A stretch of DNA of 32,000 nt from an uncultured Planctomycetia bacterium (GCA_964536865.1 CAZHYN010000008.1:26118-58117); one strand, 5' to 3'; numbered from the stretch's first letter, positions 1-5,659 are shown. The notes: generated by a model from the letters alone, not told the origin. Made by a program: numbers and translations.

Positions 1-111
1 AACTGTAACAAGTCCTTGAGAAGAATAGATTGGTATTATAGAAACGGAGGATATTTCTGTAGTAAGAAGTGTTTTAAAACTTATATTTCTAATAAAAAAC
101 AAATCTCTTAA
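1..111 (+). CDS. 3' end of a CDS cut by the window edge; C-terminal TRASH/YHS-like Cys motif
   Basis: Frame +1 is open from position 1 to TAA at 109-111 (...NCNKSLRRIDWYYRNGGYFCSKKCFKTYISNKKQIS*). 'YFCSKKC' (C-x3-C) resembles TRASH/YHS metal-binding fingers. A TAATG overlap with the next start (111) suggests translational coupling. Confidence 0.4.
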   Translation, partial: NCNKSLRRIDWYYRNGGYFCSKKCFKTYISNKKQIS

Positions 112-467
112 TGCTAAAAGAAAAAAGGAGATATCCTCGCTTTACCTTCGCCCTCCCTATAAAGATATCTAATCAGGAGTTTGATGTAGTTACTGAAACA
201 AAAAATATAAGTGGCAACGGCGCCTACTGTTCTGTAGATAGAGAAATTCCTGTTATGACTAAGTTAAAAATCGTTCTTTTGATTCCTTTAATTAAAAAAG
301 GAAAAAGATTTTTGAAAAAGATAAATTGTAAAGGAGTAGTAGTAAGGTCCCAACCGATTCGTGACAATGGTAAAAATTTTTATAATATAGGAATATTTTT
401 CTCTGAGATAAATGAAGCTTATAGAAAAGTTTTACTTTCCTATATAAATTCTGCAGTTAAAAACTAA
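111..467 (+). CDS. PilZ domain protein (c-di-GMP receptor type)
   Basis: 118-aa ORF with ATG at 111. Both canonical PilZ motifs are present: RRYPR (RxxxR) and NISGNG (D/NxSxxG). Confidence 0.8.
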   Translation: MLKEKRRYPRFTFALPIKISNQEFDVVTETKNISGNGAYCSVDREIPVMTKLKIVLLIPLIKKGKRFLKKINCKGVVVRSQPIRDNGKNFYNIGIFFSEINEAYRKVLLSYINSAVKN

Positions 468-482
468 AGTACCATCCTTAAA

Positions 483-1025
483 ATGCTTAAACTTTCTTTA
501 CCTAAAAAAGTTAAGTTTATATGTGGGTTTATCTATTCGAACGAGGAAGATTTCTCTAAAATCAAGAAAATAATGGAGAAAAAGTACAAAGGTATAGATT
601 ATGAAAGTAAAGCAATAAAATTTGACTTTACTGATTACTATGCTAAGGAAATGGGAAGAAATTTAATAAGGAAGTTTTTATCTTTTAAAGTATTAATTAA
701 CCCTTCAGCTTTACTAAGGATTAAGCTATACACTCTTAAACTGGAGAGAAAATTTTCTTACCAGGGAAAGAGAAAGGTTAATATAGATCCAGGATATTTG
801 AATGATGCCAAGTTAGTTTTAGCCACTACTAAAAATTTTTCTCATCGTATATATTTAGGTAAGGGTATTTATGCTGAAGTTACTCTTACTTATAGGAAAG
901 GAGAATTTACTGATTTTTCCTGGACCTATCCTGATTATAGGATCCCTCAGTATAAGGATATTTTTTTAAAGATTAGAAATTTATACCTTACTCAAATTAG
1001 ATATGTTTCAAAGAAACAAAGATAA
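483..1025 (+). CDS. DUF4416-family protein (function unknown)
   Basis: 180-aa ORF starting 16 nt after the PilZ stop. The sequence (KFICGFIY..., NIDPGYLNDAKLVLATTKNFSHRIYL) matches my recollection of the DUF4416 family, which is commonly paired with a radical SAM gene. Confidence 0.65.
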   Translation: MLKLSLPKKVKFICGFIYSNEEDFSKIKKIMEKKYKGIDYESKAIKFDFTDYYAKEMGRNLIRKFLSFKVLINPSALLRIKLYTLKLERKFSYQGKRKVNIDPGYLNDAKLVLATTKNFSHRIYLGKGIYAEVTLTYRKGEFTDFSWTYPDYRIPQYKDIFLKIRNLYLTQIRYVSKKQR

Positions 1026-1935
1026 GATATATAAAATTAAAAAAAGATTAGATTATTTTTTGGCTCAATGGAGGAATTGCCAATTATGCCCTCGTAAGTG
1101 TGGAGTAGATAGGTCAAAAGAAGTGGGTTTTTGCCAGATAAAGAATCTTTCTGTCTATACTGCCTTTATCCATAGGGGAGAGGAGCCTCCTTTAGTAGGA
1201 AAAAATGGAAGTGGTGCGATTTTTTTTTCAGGGTGTAACTTAAGATGCATTTACTGCCAAAATTTTAAGTTTTCTCATCTTTGCCAGGGTAAGATCATGA
1301 ATGAACACCAATTAGCTAGTCTTATGCTTAAATTACAGGCTCAGGGAGCAGAAAATATTAATCTTGTAACTCCTACACATTTCCTACCACAGATTATAAA
1401 AGCTCTCCTTATAGCTTACCACCAAGGTTTAAATATCCCTATAGTTTATAATTCTTCAGGGTATGAGAGAACAGAAATTATAAAAGCTTTAGAAGGAATG
1501 GTGGATATATATTTGGTAGATATGAAGTATTTTACTTCTTCTGCTTCCTGGTTGGGTTCACATACTAAAGATTATCCTTTCTATAATAGAAGGGCGGTAA
1601 AAGCAATGTATCAGCAGATAGATATTCCTTTCTGGGAAGATGGGCTTTTAAAAAGAGGTATAATTATAAGGCACTTACTTCTTCCTACTATGGTTAAGGA
1701 AGCTAAGCGTATTCTTTGGTGGATAAAGGAAAATACCCCTAAGGCTTATATAAGTATTATGTTTCAGTATCGTCCTTATTTTAAAGCATCATCCGTGCCA
1801 AGGTTAAATAGGCCCCCTAATTATGAAGAGTATTTAGAAGTAAAAAAGCTGGTGGAAGAGATAGAGCTAGAAGGATGGATCCAAGAGTTTAACCCTCCCG
1901 AAGAGTTAGCCGGTGTTTACTTTAACCCTTTTTAG
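1003..1935 (+). CDS. radical SAM protein, PflX-like (pyruvate formate-lyase activase homologue, COG1313 type)
   Basis: 310 aa. Radical-SAM cluster motif CNLRCIYCQN, preceded by CQLCPRKCGVDR...GFCQ and HRGEEPP...GSGAIFFSGCN. It overlaps the DUF4416 ORF by 23 nt. Confidence 0.85.
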   Translation: MFQRNKDKIYKIKKRLDYFLAQWRNCQLCPRKCGVDRSKEVGFCQIKNLSVYTAFIHRGEEPPLVGKNGSGAIFFSGCNLRCIYCQNFKFSHLCQGKIMNEHQLASLMLKLQAQGAENINLVTPTHFLPQIIKALLIAYHQGLNIPIVYNSSGYERTEIIKALEGMVDIYLVDMKYFTSSASWLGSHTKDYPFYNRRAVKAMYQQIDIPFWEDGLLKRGIIIRHLLLPTMVKEAKRILWWIKENTPKAYISIMFQYRPYFKASSVPRLNRPPNYEEYLEVKKLVEEIELEGWIQEFNPPEELAGVYFNPF

Positions 1936-1944
1936 TTTTCACTT

Positions 1945-1961
1945 CTCAAATTTGAGTTTTT
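1945..1961 (+). terminator. weak candidate terminator after the radical SAM gene
   Basis: Palindrome CTCAAATTTGAG (1945-1956) followed by T5 (1957-1961), 10 nt after the stop at 1935. The stem is short and AT-rich. Confidence 0.3.
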
Positions 1962-1989
1962 AGGTAAATTTTAGGTAAATTAGGTAAAT
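1961..1989. repeat. three direct copies of TAGGTAAAT
   Basis: TAGGTAAAT occurs at 1961-1969, 1972-1980 and 1981-1989, with spacing of 11 and 9 nt. Confidence 0.7.
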
Positions 1990-2171
1990 ATAAGGAAGAA
2001 TACATTACTAAGAGTAAATATCCCTTTTCTTATTCACAGGTTTTTATAGTCTTTATATAATTTTTTGATTTTCAATTAGTTACAGAGAAAAAAGGTTATA
2101 ATAAAAGTTTACATAAGATATATTATCGGAAGTAACAGAAGAATAAAAAGGGATTATTCGGTAGGATAAGA

Positions 2172-2199
2172 TTTATGAATAAAGGCCGATAAGGGCCTT
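2172..2199 (-). terminator. candidate expression-platform terminator overlapping the 3' strand of riboswitch P1
   Basis: On the minus strand, AAGGCC-CUUAUC-GGCCUU (2199..2182) is followed by UAUUCAUAAAU. The hairpin uses the same nucleotides as the P1 3' strand, so P1 and the hairpin are mutually exclusive. The stem is only 6 bp and the U-tract is interrupted. Confidence 0.3.
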
Positions 2200-2350
2200 C
2201 TGTCTCGGCAGCTCAGCCACCCTAGTAGTCTCCAGGTGCCTAACTTGCTCACTATCTGGGGGCTAATAATTTAGTGAGCAACGGCTTCCTTAACTACCTT
2301 AGGTCTGTAGCTTTGCGTCCTCTGATTTCTCAGAGTTTGCCCTTATCGGC
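2185..2350 (-). promoter_or_regulatory. cyclic-di-GMP-I (GEMM-I) riboswitch aptamer
   Basis: Minus-strand RNA: GCCGAUAAGGGCAAAC-UCUGA-GAAA-UCAGAG-GACGCAAAGCU-ACAGA-CCUAAGGUAGU...ACUACUAGG-GUGGCUGAGCUGCC...GCCCUUAUCGGC. The conserved core closely parallels the V. cholerae Vc2 aptamer as I remember it (GGGCAAACC-AUUC-GAAA-GAGUGG-GACGCAAAGCC-UCCGG-CCUAAACC...). Shared elements are a GNRA(GAAA)-capped first hairpin, the GACGCAAAGC junction, a CCUAAG/CUAGG tetraloop-receptor in the second arm, and a 12-bp closing P1 (2339-2350 with 2185-2196). The second arm carries a ~60-nt insertion with a 10-bp hairpin (UUGCUCACUA/UAGUGAGCAA). Confidence 0.85.
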
Positions 2351-2357
2351 GTTATTA

Positions 2358-2387
2358 ATTATACAATATTTTTGTTCCTAATTTCAA
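2358..2387 (-). promoter_or_regulatory. sigma70-type promoter driving the riboswitch
   Basis: On the minus strand: TTGAAA (2387..2382), an 18-nt spacer, then TATAAT (2363..2358). The predicted TSS at ~2350-2351 coincides with the first nucleotide of riboswitch P1. Confidence 0.55.
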
Positions 2388-2411
2388 CCTTGCTTGAGAG
2401 AAATTTTACTA

Positions 2412-2431
2412 TTTGTGAATTCATTCACAAA
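2412..2431. promoter_or_regulatory. CRP/FNR-family-type operator (TGTGA-N6-TCACA)
   Basis: TTTGTGAAT-tc-ATTCACAAA has perfect 9-bp arms and contains the exact TGTGA-N6-TCACA core. Its centre (2421.5) lies about 71 nt upstream of the predicted riboswitch TSS, which is class-I activator spacing in E. coli. Confidence 0.45.
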
Positions 2432-2476
2432 GTTTTAACTAAGTTTATTAATTTAATTTTTATTTTTCTCTTTTTA

Positions 2477-2541
2477 TTTTTTAGGGAGCTTATTTCTCCT
2501 GAGGTAAGTAGTGATATCCAGAGGTAGTACCCCCTAAAAAA
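2477..2541. repeat. 65-nt element bounded by a perfect 10-bp inverted repeat
   Basis: TTTTTTAGGG (2477-2486) pairs with CCCTAAAAAA (2532-2541). The 45-nt interior holds two imperfect direct repeats (GAGGTAAGTAGT / GAGGTAGTAC). Confidence 0.5.
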
Positions 2542-2736
2542 TTTAGAAAGATAGTTTTCATGTATTGGAATTCCTTCCTTTCAGGCCAAGGAGACTAAAA
2601 GTATACTAAATGCAAGAATCTGGTGCAATTTCTATCTATTTTAGTCTTCAGAGAATCCACGAAAGGACTTCCTACTACTTCATTATTTTGATTTTTCAAG
2701 ATTATTCTATTCTTACAATGGATAACTCGGCCGCTA

Positions 2737-2762
2737 GGGGAGACGAAGGTCTCTTCCTCCCC
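2737..2762 (-). other. GC-rich stem-loop just downstream of the small HTH-like ORF
   Basis: GGGGAGACGAAGGTCTCTTCCTCCCC. The outer stem is GGGGAG/CTCCCC, with an inner GAAG/CTTC (alternative fold GAGAC-GAAG-GTCTC). It lies 24 nt after the stop at 2786. No U-tract follows on either strand, so it is not a canonical intrinsic terminator. Confidence 0.35.
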
Positions 2763-2785
2763 TACTCCACTTGTAAGTATGTTGC

Positions 2786-2998
2786 CTACTTTTTAAAAGC
2801 CATGCGAGAAATATCAATTGCTTTATCCTTGGCTAAGGTAGAAATATTAAATAGATGAGATAGTACATTTTTCTCTTTTTCCATTAATTGGATCAACTGA
2901 GAGGAGGAACTCTTTATAGTTATATCTTTAAACTCTGCCCAGGCAAATCTTGCTTCTGGCAACAATTTCCTAAGACGAGCACCTATTCTTATCTCCAT
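2786..2998 (-). CDS. small hypothetical protein, possibly XRE-like HTH
   Basis: 70-aa ORF with ATG at 2998. 'IGARLRKL...' followed by '...SSSQLIQLMEKEKNVLSHLFNISTLAKDKAIDISRMAF' loosely follows the XRE HTH pattern. The RBS is weak and the ORF overlaps the 3' end of the macro gene by 29 nt. Confidence 0.35.
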   Translation of the reverse strand: MEIRIGARLRKLLPEARFAWAEFKDITIKSSSSQLIQLMEKEKNVLSHLFNISTLAKDKAIDISRMAFKK

Positions 2999-3539
2999 CT
3001 TTTAATGTAGTTTTTAACTTTTTTAGAGTATTTTGATAAACTTCTAAATCAGTTTCAGAATAAAGCACAAGACGGATTCTTTTCACTTCTCTAAGTTCCT
3101 CAGCCACTTCTATTAAAGTTTGTAGAGAAATTTTAGCTGCTTCCTCTATAGGATAGCCAAAAGCACCGGTAGATATAGCAGGAAAAGCTATAGAGGTTAC
3201 TTTATTCTTTTCAGCAAGAATTAGAGCATTTTTATAGCAGGAAGCCAAAAGTTTATCCTCAGGTCTATCTATTTTGTACCTTGGTCCTAAGCAATGGATT
3301 ACATATTTATTAGGAAGGTTATAAGCTTTAGTAATTACAGCCTGACTTACCTTTATAGGGGCAAGTTTTTTGCATTCCTGATAAAGCAAGGGACCGCTAG
3401 CCTTATGTATCGCTCCTGCTACTCCTCCACCAGGAGCAAGATAAGCGTTAGCAGCATTTACTATAGCATCAAAACCAATTTGTTTAGTGATATCACCTTT
3501 TACACATTCCAGAGTTACATTTTTAATATTGATTATCAT
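2970..3539 (-). CDS. macro-domain protein (ADP-ribose binding / O-acetyl-ADP-ribose deacetylase-like)
   Basis: 189 aa. Contains DITKQIGFDAIVNAANAYLAPGGGVAGAIHKASGP and SIAFPAISTGAFGYP, which are typical macro-domain (YmdB-like) signatures. Confidence 0.85.
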   Translation of the reverse strand: MIINIKNVTLECVKGDITKQIGFDAIVNAANAYLAPGGGVAGAIHKASGPLLYQECKKLAPIKVSQAVITKAYNLPNKYVIHCLGPRYKIDRPEDKLLASCYKNALILAEKNKVTSIAFPAISTGAFGYPIEEAAKISLQTLIEVAEELREVKRIRLVLYSETDLEVYQNTLKKLKTTLKDGDKNRCSS

Positions 3540-3541
3540 CT

Positions 3542-4261
3542 TTAAATATCTTGGGAATATGTTAGATGTTTATTTATAAATTCTAAAATCTCTTTCTGTA
3601 TTTCGTGATCGATGTTATAGAATTCCAAACCCATTCCTGGATACTCCAGAGGCTGGATTTCCCTATCTGCTACCCAGATTACTCTAGTGTCAATTTCTAT
3701 AATGCCAGGTTTAGGAGATAAATTTATACGGGTTGAGAGTATCTCCCCTACAGAAAATATCTTCTTGGCTACGATAAATACTCCTATGGCGCTCAGATTC
3801 AAAACCTTTCCTTTATAGAAGAGATCTTTGGAAGAAAATTTTTGTTTATATTCAATAATGGCGTGGAAAGGAATCCTTCTAAAACGTCTTCTAAGTTTTT
3901 TCTTTAGTATTCGGTAAATGCTTTCCTCCTCTTTTAGATACCTAATTGCCTCTTCTTCGTTACTATGGAAATTAAATACTTTATTCAGTCCTACGAGAGT
4001 AAATATATTCTTAATGTGCGTAGGTACGTTACATATTTCCATCCTTCCTTTATGATTAAGAATATTTTTATATACTACAGCAAGAATGGAAATACCAATA
4101 TAGTCTATTATATTTACCTTATTAAAGTTACATACAATATTTTTAGATTTATACTTAAGAACCCAACCAGCGGTTTCTACAAAATTAGAAGCATTAATAT
4201 CAATATTTCCTGCTAAATCAAGAATAGCCACACCATCTTTATCTCTCACATTAATCGTCAT
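3542..4261 (-). CDS. STAS (anti-sigma-antagonist fold) - PilZ fusion protein
   Basis: The N-terminal part (MTINVRDKDGVAILDLAGNIDINAS...ICNVPTHIKNIFTLVGLNKVF) is STAS-like. The C-terminal part has both PilZ motifs, RRRFRR (RxxxR) and NLSAIG (NxSxxG). The track start at 4294 is a TTG. I prefer the ATG at 4261, which forms an ATGA overlap with the uppP stop. Confidence 0.75.
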   Translation of the reverse strand: MTINVRDKDGVAILDLAGNIDINASNFVETAGWVLKYKSKNIVCNFNKVNIIDYIGISILAVVYKNILNHKGRMEICNVPTHIKNIFTLVGLNKVFNFHSNEEEAIRYLKEEESIYRILKKKLRRRFRRIPFHAIIEYKQKFSSKDLFYKGKVLNLSAIGVFIVAKKIFSVGEILSTRINLSPKPGIIEIDTRVIWVADREIQPLEYPGMGLEFYNIDHEIQKEILEFINKHLTYSQDI

Positions 4262-4992
4262 AAGAATACTGTTAGCACAGCTAATACCAAACAATAATAG
4301 CCAAATTTATAAAGTTTACTCTCTTCTAAAAACTTTCTTAGAATACTTAGCGAACCTACTCCTACTAAGAAAGTTAGAATAAAGCTAAATATTAAAAGAG
4401 GACTACCCAATTTATATTGGAAAAGACTATTTGCTTCTACTAAGAAGGCTGCTAAGATTACAGGAATTGCTAGTAAGAAAGAAAAATTGAATGCCTCCCT
4501 TTTGCTAAGTCCTCTCCCCAAAGAAGCCACTATAGTTACTCCTGAGCGAGATATTCCTGGTAAGATTGCCAATCCTTGGAGAATCCCTATCAAGATACAC
4601 TCTTTAATAGAAAGTTCCTTAGCAAGTTTTTCGTCTCCTTTCTTAAAAAATAAAAGGATTAAGCTAGTAAAGAGAAAACCTATTGCGATAAGTATTTTTT
4701 CTCCAAAGTAAACTTGAGCACTGATCATTATTAGATAGGCTAATAATAAAGTAACTAAAGAAGTTATAGTCAAATTTATGAGAATTTTTCTATCTTGGAT
4801 ATAAGATATAATTTCTTTACGAAGATATACAATAATAGCTAATAGCGTAGCTAAGTGAAGATAAGTAAAAAAAGGTAGTGATTCGGATCTTACTTGAAGA
4901 ATTCTCTCAGCAAGAAATAGGTGTCCACTACTACTTATTGGAAGAAACTCTGTGATCCCTTGAATTAGACTAAAAATAAAAACTTCTTTCAC
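4258..4992 (-). CDS. uppP: undecaprenyl-diphosphate phosphatase
   Basis: 244-aa polytopic membrane protein with the BacA/UppP signatures GITEFLPISSSGHL and LPGISRSG. It has a GTG start that forms a GTGA overlap with the upstream ORF. Confidence 0.9.
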   Translation of the reverse strand: MKEVFIFSLIQGITEFLPISSSGHLFLAERILQVRSESLPFFTYLHLATLLAIIVYLRKEIISYIQDRKILINLTITSLVTLLLAYLIMISAQVYFGEKILIAIGFLFTSLILLFFKKGDEKLAKELSIKECILIGILQGLAILPGISRSGVTIVASLGRGLSKREAFNFSFLLAIPVILAAFLVEANSLFQYKLGSPLLIFSFILTFLVGVGSLSILRKFLEESKLYKFGYYCLVLAVLTVFL

Positions 4993-5270
4993 TTTCCCAT
5001 AGAGCTAGGGAATTTTACAAATAAAAATACTAAATAGGTAACTAGGATTATTCCTATTCCTAAAATAAAGTAAACTACAAGACTATATGAATCTCTTTTG
5101 TAATGATAAGATGGGGATTGGTAATCGGTTTCTTTGTTTAAAAGTTGATTTAGTTTATTTCGACAATCTTCGCATATACACAAATGTTCTTCTATAATCT
5201 GTACTAAATTTTGAGGTATGCTATGATTTATATAACCAGGAAAATTTTTTCTTATTTTCTGGCAATCCAT
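4989..5270 (-). CDS. zf-HC2-type (anti-sigma-factor-like) single-pass membrane protein
   Basis: 93 aa. The N-terminus (C-x25-HLCICEDC) fits the putative zinc-finger pattern of anti-sigma factors, and there is a C-terminal TM helix (YSLVVYFILGIGIILVTYLVFLFV). No sigma factor gene is adjacent. Confidence 0.5.
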   Translation of the reverse strand: MDCQKIRKNFPGYINHSIPQNLVQIIEEHLCICEDCRNKLNQLLNKETDYQSPSYHYKRDSYSLVVYFILGIGIILVTYLVFLFVKFPSSMGK

Positions 5271-5272
5271 CT

Positions 5273-5302
5273 TAAAAAGGAGGCACTTTTTTAGTGCCTC
5301 CT
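5273..5302 (-). terminator. intrinsic terminator after the RRM gene (potentially bidirectional)
   Basis: 10-bp stem AGGAGGCACT/AGTGCCTCCT (5278-5287 / 5293-5302) with a 5-nt loop. It is flanked by an A-run and a T-run, so a U-tract follows on both strands. It fills the 36-nt gap between the RRM stop (5307) and the zf-HC2 start (5270). Confidence 0.7.
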
Positions 5303-5306
5303 TTTT

Positions 5307-5609
5307 TTACCTTGAAAATCGAGGGTGTCTACCTCTTTCAAACCTTGGTTTGGGCTTTCTTGCCCTGCTTACCCTCAACTTTCTTCCTTTGAGTTCTTCG
5401 CCGTCTAAGGAATCTATCGCTTGTTGGATTATTTCTTCATTTTCAACTTCTACAAATCCAAAACCTTTGGATTTTCCTGTATATTTATCTTTTATTATTT
5501 TTAGATCTTTAGTAGGTATCCCTTTGTTTTCAAAAGTTTTTTTAAGTTCCTCTTCACTTACGCTATATTCTAAATTTCCTACATAAATTTTATTTTTTTC
5601 CTCTTCCAT
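5307..5609 (-). CDS. RRM-type RNA-binding protein
   Basis: 100 aa with RNP2 IYVGNL, RNP1 KGFGFVEV and a basic C-terminal tail. A GAGGTGA Shine-Dalgarno lies upstream. Confidence 0.85.
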   Translation of the reverse strand: MEEEKNKIYVGNLEYSVSEEELKKTFENKGIPTKDLKIIKDKYTGKSKGFGFVEVENEEIIQQAIDSLDGEELKGRKLRVSRARKPKPRFERGRHPRFSR

Positions 5610-5659
5610 TTACTTCACCTCTCGTTAAATGAACCCTACTTTCAACAATAGCCCTTTTT

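Noticed and set aside
2510-2550. PreQ1-I-like string CCAGAGGUAGUACCCCCUAAAAAAUUUAG.
   Set aside because: The required P1 pairing (AGAGG/CCUCU) is not present, because it would need A-C mismatches. The A-tract is better explained as one arm of the 10-bp inverted repeat at 2477-2541.
2184-2600. Possible RNase P RNA on the minus strand, because GAGACAGAAGGCCCUUAUCGG resembles the conserved ACAGAAxxCGGCUUAUCGG 3' region and GGAAGUCC occurs further upstream.
   Set aside because: The 5' partner of the closing helix lies only 166 nt away. The intervening core matches GEMM-I, not RNase P. The region 2351-2480 is nearly pure A/T with a promoter in it, and no GAGGAAAGUCCGGGC box is present.
2500-2775. 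Possible tmRNA. The minus strand has GGGGGUACUACCUCUGGAUAUCAC (like a tmRNA 5' end) and the plus strand has ...CCCCUACUCCAC (like a CCA-proximal acceptor end).
   Set aside because: The two pieces are on opposite strands. There is no UUCGA-type T-loop, no complementary acceptor stem and no tag-peptide reading frame.
2610-2858. 82-aa plus-strand ORF in the long intergenic region.
   Set aside because: It has a low-complexity, stop-poor AT-rich frame with no RBS and no recognisable motif. It also overlaps the better-supported minus-strand ORF at 2786-2998.
4262-4294. Extended N-termini given by the ORF track: 4294 for STAS-PilZ, 17369 for serA and 18465 for the aminotransferase.
   Set aside because: All three begin at TTG codons without a suitably spaced Shine-Dalgarno. 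Downstream ATG or GTG codons (4261, 17333, 18459) give canonical N-termini, proper RBS spacing or typical stop/start overlaps.
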